DNA of 11,970 nucleotides. It comes from Candidatus Thorarchaeota archaeon (GTDB lineage: Archaea; Asgardarchaeota; Thorarchaeia; Thorarchaeales; Thorarchaeaceae). Each line of letters opens with the position of its first letter. The stretch's first letter is position 1. The stretch lies in the NCBI GenBank assembly GCA_003345595.1, contig PRDI01000089.1, positions 1 through 11,970 on the forward strand, given 5' to 3'. Positions 1-6,633 of this stretch are shown piece after piece. The position numbers were made by a program, and so were the translations under genes. The notes beneath the pieces were generated by a model. It saw nothing but the letters and a program-made list of their open reading frames with translations, was not told the origin of the DNA and did no database searches.

Positions 1-1239
1 ATTCATCACCAGATAGCTGTGAGGATAGCCATCAATCGAAGAGCCATACTCACCCTTCGTAATGGCCCTTGGACCAGTCACCCTTAGGTTGTACAGCCTT
101 GACCCGATTTCCGTAGCATCTAGCCCGTCCAGAGTAATCGCACACGACACGGGGTTCTTGACGGAGAGAACCCTTTGACCGATGCCCTCCGCAACGGATT
201 TTAGCCTGTTCTCCAGAAGGGCACGATTCTCCACCTGCTCTTTTCTGAGCTGACGATATCCTTCATGCCCGATGACAAGAAGTGCAGCGAGGGTCTGAAC
301 GAGAGGAGCGGCGCTTGCCCTGCCTGCATAGGACTCTGCGGTCCATTCCACAGTCTTCTCGTTCGGCGAAACGATGATTGAGCCACCAACCGGACACAAG
401 AAGTTCTTGTCGCTACTCTGAACGACGGCATCTACACGACCTGCATCGATTGCCGATCGTATGGACCTCAAGATCCCCTCGGACTGTACCCCGTAAGCGT
501 TGTTGATCACAAGTGGCAGGTCTTTCTCGGCACATATCTTGGCTGCGTCCTTCACTAGGTCTGGCTCCCGAGGAGGAAAGAATGTCGTCGTCAACAGGAC
601 TGCGGAACCTCTGTGTCTTGATATGGTTCGCTCGAGCCCGCCCATGTCGACACACACAGCATCTCCGTCAAGGATTGTGGGCACAACTACCTCCGTGAGT
701 CCTGCGAATGCTATAGCTCGATGAGGAGAAGCATGATCGACGCGAGGGAAAAGAACCTCTCGGCAGCCGAGCTCTCTCCTCAGACCCGCGAGCACAAGAG
801 CAATACTCATCCCAGTAGACAATGGTGCAACGAGGCCATGATGTATGTTCTCAAGTCCGAGCTTCCTGATTGCATCGACCGCAACATTGTCAACGACTTC
901 CTGCATTAGTGAGGAACCTACAGCTTTTGGCTGAGTGGCAGTGATGTGACCACTGCGCCCAATCCCGTGGTTGAATCCGGATGACAAGCGAAAGACTAGA
1001 GGAGAGGCAGTCCGTCCCTCCCGTTCACCAACCCTTGAAGCCTCAGGGTCCTTGTCGGAGTCCATTGATGACAGCAGTTGAAGCAGGAGCTCCGCCTGCA
1101 GATCAGAGAGAGGTTTCTCTGGAAACAACCTTCTATTCAGTACATCTTTCACCGGTGCTAACAGGGCATCGATTGTCACTCGGCCTCGCTCAGCTAAGTT
1201 CTCGGGTATCAGATCCGTAAGCTTGCGCTCAATGTCCAA
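1..1239 (-). CDS. spcS: O-phosphoseryl-tRNA(Sec) selenium transferase (SepSecS), 3' end outside the window
   Basis: Not in the ORF track because it has no stop in the window. Manual translation gives a stop-free 413-codon frame from TTG at 1239: MDIERKLTDLIPENLAERG...SMDSDKDPEASRVGEREGR...FNHGIGRSGHITATQPKAVGSS...STGMS...TTFFPPREPD...VINNAYGVQS...GRVDAVVQSSDKNFLCPVGG (PLP lysine codon 406-408)...YAGRASA...LYNLRVTGPR...HSYLVMN. These are hallmark archaeal/eukaryotic SepSecS motifs. Confidence 0.96.
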   Translation of the reverse strand, partial: MDIERKLTDLIPENLAERGRVTIDALLAPVKDVLNRRLFPEKPLSDLQAELLLQLLSSMDSDKDPEASRVGEREGRTASPLVFRLSSGFNHGIGRSGHITATQPKAVGSSLMQEVVDNVAVDAIRKLGLENIHHGLVAPLSTGMSIALVLAGLRRELGCREVLFPRVDHASPHRAIAFAGLTEVVVPTILDGDAVCVDMGGLERTISRHRGSAVLLTTTFFPPREPDLVKDAAKICAEKDLPLVINNAYGVQSEGILRSIRSAIDAGRVDAVVQSSDKNFLCPVGGSIIVSPNEKTVEWTAESYAGRASAAPLVQTLAALLVIGHEGYRQLRKEQVENRALLENRLKSVAEGIGQRVLSVKNPVSCAITLDGLDATEIGSRLYNLRVTGPRAITKGEYGSSIDGYPHSYLVMN

Positions 1240-2626
1240 ACTTGTACTCCTCCTCGACCATCGTTTCGTACATCACCATGTCGCCCACCTTCACGGGCCC
1301 GTCAAACTGAGCAGACAAGACGCCTCGCGTGCCAAATGTCTGAGCAAGAAGCCCACCTCGTCCAGTGCTTGTTCTCACGGAAGAGCCCACTAGGGCTTCA
1401 GCAGTTTCTTTCCTTGAGGCGAGCCCTTTCACAAGCACGTCGGCTGACCTGACTCGGGTAATTCGTCCAGAACGAACATGTTTCCTGGAAAGCATCATCT
1501 TGTCGGGAATCTCCACAATCTCTCCTGAACCAATGATGCGCATTTGAGTCGGGGGCAGGTCTGTCCGCATGAGCAGAACACGCATTCCAGTTTCTGCCAC
1601 CACCTCTCGTTGAAGCAGCACTGCTGTTTGACTCATCGGGCCCTCAACGCGGTCCTCAACAACTCGAGTAGTACCTTCGGTCCTAAACGGCACCAATTCG
1701 GCTGTCACGCTCGGCATTCCGATTGTTGCACTTACGACCATTCCCTTTGTCAGCCGCCCGCGGTACAAGGGATTGGGCTTCGTCTGTAGGATTGCGCTGG
1801 TGGTAGTCCTTACTGAGCCCGGTTGGCACAGATAGTTTCCTCGGCTGATTGTAGCGGATTCCAGGTCAGGAATGTTCAACCCCACCCGGTCACCTGCACT
1901 TGTGTTCTCGCGGGGCTCGCTAAAGGTCTGGATAGACCGTATCTTCCCCTTCTGCCCCTGAGGCATCAGTTCTAGTGAATCGCCAACCTTTGCCTCTCCC
2001 CTGAGGACCGTTCCAGTGGCAACGGTACCATGGCCTTTCACACTGAAGGCATGGTCAACGGGCATCAGGAAGGGAGCGTCCCTTATTCTTGGCCTTGGCG
2101 TCACCGTTCTCGCCATGACATCTCTGAGCCTATCAATGCCAGCTCCAGTCAGTGCCGAAACTCTAACGTACTCCACCCGTTTGAAGGAGAGGTCGGCTAT
2201 AATGGACCTCATCGTGCTCTCAACCGACGCCTGCCGTTTCTCGTCGGCAAGGTCAATCTTTGAAACAACTATGATGATGGTTTCGACATCCATAGACTGC
2301 AGTACAATCAGGTGCTCGCCAGTCTGCACCTTCGGACCTTCGTCCGCCGCGACGACGACAAGAGCCGCATCGATTATCCCAGCACCGGCGACGACACTAC
2401 GTATGAGATCAGCATGGCCAGGCGAGTCCACCAAGGTCACGACATACTTGCCCAGTACGAACATCGTGAACCCAAGATCTATGGTTATCCCGCGCTGCTG
2501 GGACTGTGGATGCTTATCAAGACCTGCGGTGGACACCTTCTGACTCAGTGCTCTTGCGAGCTGAGTCTTGCCATGATCGATGTGCCCCATGAGGCCCACG
2601 TGAATCGGTATAAGGTGCTCCATCAT
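1229..2626 (-). CDS. selB: Selenocysteine-specific translation elongation factor SelB, archaeal type
   Basis: 465 aa. GTPase motifs GHIDHGKT, RGITIDLGF, DSPGH, SKID and SAL. Domain II PVDHAF and GDRVG carry the Sec-pocket Asp/His/Arg. The C-terminal domain (GLASRKETAEALVG...TFGTRG) matches archaeal SelB domain IV. Adjacent to SepSecS. Start is ATG 2626 or 2623. Confidence 0.95.
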   Translation of the reverse strand: MMEHLIPIHVGLMGHIDHGKTQLARALSQKVSTAGLDKHPQSQQRGITIDLGFTMFVLGKYVVTLVDSPGHADLIRSVVAGAGIIDAALVVVAADEGPKVQTGEHLIVLQSMDVETIIIVVSKIDLADEKRQASVESTMRSIIADLSFKRVEYVRVSALTGAGIDRLRDVMARTVTPRPRIRDAPFLMPVDHAFSVKGHGTVATGTVLRGEAKVGDSLELMPQGQKGKIRSIQTFSEPRENTSAGDRVGLNIPDLESATISRGNYLCQPGSVRTTTSAILQTKPNPLYRGRLTKGMVVSATIGMPSVTAELVPFRTEGTTRVVEDRVEGPMSQTAVLLQREVVAETGMRVLLMRTDLPPTQMRIIGSGEIVEIPDKMMLSRKHVRSGRITRVRSADVLVKGLASRKETAEALVGSSVRTSTGRGGLLAQTFGTRGVLSAQFDGPVKVGDMVMYETMVEEEYKFGH

Positions 2627-2656
2627 CTGTTCGTCGAACCTGTGCGTTTACGACGG

Positions 2657-2668
2657 TTAAAACCTTCG
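2657..2668 (-). promoter_or_regulatory. BRE + TATA box for selB-spcS
   Basis: Minus strand reads CGAAGG-TTTTAA, ending 30 nt before the selB ATG. No SD is present, which fits a near-leaderless transcript. Confidence 0.6.
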
Positions 2669-2742
2669 TCGATGGACGATGATCACACGATTGACGTGAC
2701 ACTCTGCTCAATGTAGACCTTGGTATCTGCAGGAGTCACAAG

Positions 2743-2748
2743 TTTATT
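2743..2748 (+). promoter_or_regulatory. Probable TATA box for the 138-aa gene
   Basis: TTTATT preceded by CACAAG, 24 nt before ATG 2773. Confidence 0.4.
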
Positions 2749-2772
2749 GGGTCCTCCATCACACAGAAACAC

Positions 2773-3189
2773 ATGGTTTCACGCTCTCTCGAGAAGATGA
2801 TGCTTGTGGCCGTAGGACTGACTACCGCAGTCCTTGTTGGCGCGCCGGTCTTGCTCTATGCGATTGTGACAATGGATTCGGCAGCACAGGTCAGACAGGC
2901 AGAAACGCTGGCGGATACGATACACAACGCAACTGGCAAGGTAGATACTGGAAACGCAAGCGAAGTCACGTTCGAGGTCGTGGTACCGAAGTACACAAAC
3001 GTGACCGCGCTCGGGAACACTCTAACTGTTGTATATCGAAGAGAGAACACCGAGCCGATTATCTGGTCAGAGACCTACGGCCACAACATAGTCATGCTGG
3101 CAGGTCCATCTTTCGCACCAGGTGCTTTCTATGTGCAGGTCAAACATGTTGCCGATGTAATTGAGATCAGGTTTTCCTTCACCACATGA
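2773..3189 (+). CDS. Membrane-anchored hypothetical protein, archaeal pilin-like
   Basis: 138 aa. N-terminal SLE followed by a hydrophobic stretch (MMLVAVGLTTAVLVGAPVLLYAIV), an amphipathic helix (QAETLADTIHNA) and a beta-rich C-terminus. The CDS is well supported and the pilin call is tentative. Confidence 0.65.
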   Translation: MVSRSLEKMMLVAVGLTTAVLVGAPVLLYAIVTMDSAAQVRQAETLADTIHNATGKVDTGNASEVTFEVVVPKYTNVTALGNTLTVVYRRENTEPIIWSETYGHNIVMLAGPSFAPGAFYVQVKHVADVIEIRFSFTT

Positions 3190-3219
3190 CCCCATGACTA
3201 GCTCTATCATTTGCCCAAC

Positions 3220-3232
3220 GCAACGTTTTTAA
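3220..3232 (+). promoter_or_regulatory. BRE/TATA for the polyferredoxin gene
   Basis: GCAACG-TTTTTAA upstream of GTG 3284, with SD-like GAGGA at 3271-3275. Confidence 0.5.
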
Positions 3233-3283
3233 TGTCACCCCAGTTCTCGGGCCGCCACACGGCCCAAGACGAGGACTGATGCA

Positions 3284-4354
3284 GTGACAGAAGATGCCGA
3301 GAAGCTGGAGAAAGGCGAGACTGAAGCTGCCCAGACCGAGGGAGCCAGCAAAGAAGAGGAAACCGGTGCTCTCGCTGAACCGCCAAGGCCGTCCTATCGT
3401 GAGATGTTATCTAGCCCTCTTGGCTACGTCTTCAATGTCCGCATGCTTCGCCGAGTGGTTCAGATTGTCTTCTTTTTGGGCATCAATGCTTACGTAATGG
3501 TGTCACTATTCGGTGGTCAGCAGTTCGTAGCATTCTGGACTGAGTTCAGTCATATTCTTCCCAGCATACCAATCCTTGCTCCACTGCAAGGACCCGCAGC
3601 AATCCTTGCTGGGTCCTTTGACACATTGCAGCGGGAGTTCAGCAGTGGGTTGTTCCCCTTCTTCACGATAGGAGCAATGATGATCATCCTGACTGTCATT
3701 GGCAGGACAGCATGCGCATGGGCATGCCCCATCGGCACTATACAGGACTTTGCCACGCTGCCCAAACGTAACAAAATCAGACCTGCCCCCAGCACGGAAG
3801 AAGAAATGCGAAGAGTGAAGGCGTATATCTTCATCATCGTGATGTTCTTAGTAGTCTGGGTGGGAATAAGCAGATGGACTGGCACGTCCGACATGCTCAC
3901 TGCGGCGCTCGGGCCTTTCGCCGTCGCTGCGTTCGACCCGTTCAACCCTGCGTACATCCTATTTGTTGCACTCCCAAACATAATCAGTCAACACCTATGG
4001 CCGGTGAGCCTCGATACTCTATGGTACATCCTTCAGTGGGGATGGTTCCTCGGTCAGTTCGTCTTTGTCATAGTAGTGGTGATGGCTTCAGTCTGGTTCC
4101 CAAGATGGTTCTGCAGATGGCTCTGCCCTGCTGGATGGATATACGGCGTCTTCTCGAAGGATGCTCTCATTGGGATTGGTCGAAATCCGGCAAAGTGCAC
4201 GCCGGAAACCTGCAACGTGTGCGAGGCCGCCTGTCCAATGAACATCAGAATCAGACGCTACCCATATCAGCACATGCACAGTCCCGACTGCATAATGTGT
4301 CTTGAATGCAAGAGCCACTGTCCCAACAAAGCGATAGTGGTACGCTTCTCATGA
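3284..4354 (+). CDS. NapH/MauN-type membrane-bound 4Fe-4S polyferredoxin
   Basis: 356 aa with several TM segments, two CxxxCP motifs (GRTACAWACPIG, RWFCRWLCPAG) and a C-terminal two-cluster ferredoxin domain (CTPETCNVCEAACP, CIMCLECKSHCP). Confidence 0.9.
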   Translation: MTEDAEKLEKGETEAAQTEGASKEEETGALAEPPRPSYREMLSSPLGYVFNVRMLRRVVQIVFFLGINAYVMVSLFGGQQFVAFWTEFSHILPSIPILAPLQGPAAILAGSFDTLQREFSSGLFPFFTIGAMMIILTVIGRTACAWACPIGTIQDFATLPKRNKIRPAPSTEEEMRRVKAYIFIIVMFLVVWVGISRWTGTSDMLTAALGPFAVAAFDPFNPAYILFVALPNIISQHLWPVSLDTLWYILQWGWFLGQFVFVIVVVMASVWFPRWFCRWLCPAGWIYGVFSKDALIGIGRNPAKCTPETCNVCEAACPMNIRIRRYPYQHMHSPDCIMCLECKSHCPNKAIVVRFS

Positions 4355-4708
4355 GCGCTTTTCGCTGGTTTCTCCAGCCACTCGTTCAAACTGCTCACTG
4401 ACTCTGGCAAAGATCCTCATCAGTCTGTGACCCAATTCCGTCACACGAGCTCCTCCACCACCCACTGTCCCGCCCTTGTGAGTTTCTATAAGTCGTGCGC
4501 CGAGCTTCTTCTCTATCTCTCTGATCACTCCCCATGCATATCGATAGGACATTCCAAGCCTCATGGCCCCCTCGGTTATGGTCCCCGTTTCGTCGACAGC
4601 CTTCAGAATCTCATAAGCACCTCGGCCAAAGACGTAGTTGCCATCGTGCTCCAACCACAATTTCCACTTCACAGTCAGGGCATGAGAGATGCTCTCTTCA
4701 TTACTCAT
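4349..4708 (-). CDS. ModE-family winged-helix transcriptional regulator, DNA-binding domain only
   Basis: KLWLE...FGRGAYEILKAVDETGTITEGAMRLGMSYRYAWGVIREIE...LIETHKGGTVGGGARVTELG is the ModE N-terminal signature. GGAGG SD lies upstream of the ATG. Confidence 0.9.
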   Translation of the reverse strand: MSNEESISHALTVKWKLWLEHDGNYVFGRGAYEILKAVDETGTITEGAMRLGMSYRYAWGVIREIEKKLGARLIETHKGGTVGGGGARVTELGHRLMRIFARVSEQFERVAGETSEKRS

Positions 4709-4770
4709 CGGGTTTCGCCTCCCATACGGAGCAGCTCACGAGATCCGTTCACCATGTAATCATGGACTAC

Positions 4771-5001
4771 CTACGGATGGCCCCAACGTAGTCGTTCAGG
4801 CTTTGTGTCCTTCTTGAAGGCCTTTTTCACGCTCTTCCAGTGATCCGAACAAAGGTAGGTCTTTCGTGACGCTGCATCCTTCAGCTTCAAACCAGACACC
4901 GCAACGCTCTCAGCTATCCTGATGGTGGCGAACGAACGCTTGGACGGATTGCTACATCCTGTGACACTGCAGACCTTGTCTGACTTCTCCAACTTCACCA
5001 C
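4771..5001 (-). CDS. Small basic zinc-binding protein (C-x4-C-x34-C-x2-H)
   Basis: 76 aa, CSVTGC...YLCSDHW with a Lys-rich tail ending ERLRW. Has its own TATA box. Resembles a small conserved archaeal hypothetical family (recalled, not searched). Confidence 0.8.
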   Translation of the reverse strand: MVKLEKSDKVCSVTGCSNPSKRSFATIRIAESVAVSGLKLKDAASRKTYLCSDHWKSVKKAFKKDTKPERLRWGHP

Positions 5002-5028
5002 TTCGTTGCCGGGGGTTTCCTGACACCA

Positions 5029-5034
5029 TTATAA
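5029..5034 (-). promoter_or_regulatory. TATA box (TTATAA) for the zinc protein gene, possibly also for modE
   Basis: TTATAA 27 nt before GTG 5001, directly abutting the stop codon of the upstream gene. Confidence 0.55.
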
Positions 5035-6045
5035 CTATGTTGGCAGGCGCTTCTGGACTGCCTTGTCGCGGGGTGTCAGGACGGGCCCTCTGGAGAAGTC
5101 GAACAGAACGCGGTCTTCGCGACCACTCTTCAACCTGAAATTGTGAGAACCATCGACATGCCCAATCGACGCGATCTCCATGCCGTGATTCGAAACTATC
5201 TCTGAAACACGATGAACATTCTTCTCTCGGACTGCCACCAGGAAGCCCAGAGAGATGTACATCCTGATCCAGTCCTCCAGCTCAATAGAGTCAGGACTAG
5301 TCCTCTCGACCGCGTCCATGTCGATATACCCGCCCGTGTCGGAGTACTCGAGCATCATTCCTGCGGTCCCTACAAGCCCTGCCACAGAAACATCCTTCGA
5401 CGCACTGAGGACATGGGCCCTTGCGAGAGTGCTCATAGTGGACAGCCGATCCACCACCGACTCTGATGTTGCATCCGAAACGCAGTCCCAGCCCAGCTTA
5501 TAGCTGGATCCTCGCTTGCCACTCCGGTCATAAATCAGTATAATTGCGTCATCAGGCTGCGCTCCTCCAGACGTGAGCAGGTCACGTTTCTTGACCTTTC
5601 CAACCGCAGACCCAACAACGTATGTGGTACCGGAATGCGGGTTCGTGTGGCCCCGGACTATGGGTACCCTGAACTTGTTTGAGCCATCGATTAGACCCTG
5701 AAGAAGCATCTCCCCGATTTGGGAGTCCGAGTATGAGAGTGCGACGGCAAAGGAGTTGGGAACGCCGCCCGCGGCATATATGTCCATGACATTCGCAAGA
5801 ACGACATTGAAGCCTGCCGCTCTAGGATAGTGCAGACACAGCTCCTCAACAATCGAGTCTGTTGTAAGGAGCATGACCTCATCCTTTTCCATTTCAATGA
5901 CCGCTGAGTCTTCACCCAGCGAGTGGGGAAGACCACCCCTATACGACTCTTCCCGGAGTCGGGTCAGAATCTGGGGCAACACGTACTTCCGTGATATGCC
6001 GTCAAAATCACGCAGAACGCGTACAAACTCATCAAGGGGCTTCAA
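5035..6045 (-). CDS. AIR synthase-related (PurM/ThiL/SelD/HypE fold) ATP-dependent enzyme, methanogenesis marker 2/sll0787-like
   Basis: 336 aa with motifs LRDFDGISRK, GEDSAVI, TTD, ANVMDIYAAGG, RGHTNP, WD, KDVSVAGLVGTAGMMLE and WIRMYISLGFL. TTG start. Confidence 0.85.
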   Translation of the reverse strand: MKPLDEFVRVLRDFDGISRKYVLPQILTRLREESYRGGLPHSLGEDSAVIEMEKDEVMLLTTDSIVEELCLHYPRAAGFNVVLANVMDIYAAGGVPNSFAVALSYSDSQIGEMLLQGLIDGSNKFRVPIVRGHTNPHSGTTYVVGSAVGKVKKRDLLTSGGAQPDDAIILIYDRSGKRGSSYKLGWDCVSDATSESVVDRLSTMSTLARAHVLSASKDVSVAGLVGTAGMMLEYSDTGGYIDMDAVERTSPDSIELEDWIRMYISLGFLVAVREKNVHRVSEIVSNHGMEIASIGHVDGSHNFRLKSGREDRVLFDFSRGPVLTPRDKAVQKRLPT

Positions 6046-6074
6046 AGATGATCACTCTGGTTAACGACCTCAAA

Positions 6075-6200
6075 TCACGGTGGCCCGAGATAAGCGAGCG
6101 CAAAAGCAGCCTGACCAAGAAGAATGCCTATTCCCAATAGCGACATTCCCACCATGAAGTAGATGAGCGCTCTCATCTCAGGCCGCACTTCGTCCAGCAC
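6075..6200 (-). CDS. 41-aa single-pass membrane microprotein
   Basis: GTG...TGA encoding MLDEVRPEMRALIYFMVGMSLLGIGILLGQAAFALAYLGPP. GAGGCG lies 7 nt upstream (6208-6213), the same motif seen before modE and DUF47. It fills an otherwise empty 228-nt gap and is below the ORF-track cutoff. Confidence 0.7.
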   Translation of the reverse strand: MLDEVRPEMRALIYFMVGMSLLGIGILLGQAAFALAYLGPP

Positions 6201-6273
6201 TCTATTTCGCCTCAGTAGGTGTCAAGGACCGTTGCGTGCCACTTATAGAGGTTACGGGCATTCGTGACAGTGC

Positions 6274-6633
6274 TCATGACAGCGAGCCCTTTCTCCGCAG
6301 CTTCTTGGCAAACCGCTCAGGAATCGCAACATCGTGTTCGGGGTCGAAGAGATCACGTGGAGCCTCATCAGGTTCATCCTCTTGATGACTGATCACTCTT
6401 CTGCATCTGCCATCAGTTGTCATCTTGCGCTCCATGCAGAGTCCGAACTTGCAGTAAGACCCTTCGCATTCGTCTTCAGCCCACGTACACTGTACGGACC
6501 TGCGGCCGCCTCCAGTTAGCATCTTGTACGCGCTGGGGTGCTTGTCGCATCTGAATGCCTTACACAAAGGTGAACAATCGGAAAGACCGTCTTGCATCGC
6601 AGTCAACTCCGTAAAGACATCGTTCTTTTTCAT
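6274..6633 (-). CDS. Cysteine-rich hypothetical protein (8 Cys, probable metal binder)
   Basis: CSPLCKAFRC...CTWAEDECEGSYCKFGLC...DGRC followed by an acidic then basic tail. The start is either ATG 6633 (ATGA overlap with the upstream stop) or ATG 6597 (preceded by GGAGTTGA). Confidence 0.8.
   Translation of the reverse strand: MKKNDVFTELTAMQDGLSDCSPLCKAFRCDKHPSAYKMLTGGGRRSVQCTWAEDECEGSYCKFGLCMERKMTTDGRCRRVISHQEDEPDEAPRDLFDPEHDVAIPERFAKKLRRKGSLS

Noticed and set aside
201-1220. Short ORFs listed in the track over this interval
   Set aside because: They are shadow frames of SepSecS, which occupies the whole interval.
1365-2716. Plus-strand ORFs up to 175 aa opposite selB
   Set aside because: They are antisense shadows with no motifs.
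5035-6045. Calling this gene selD
   Set aside because: It lacks the N-terminal (U/C)-x-x-K catalytic motif, and its motifs fit the marker 2/sll0787 group better.
4880-6050. CTTCAAA (tRNA-Sec anticodon-loop-like) at about 4885 and 6040
   Set aside because: Both lie in or at the start of coding regions and lack flanking anticodon, D and T stems.
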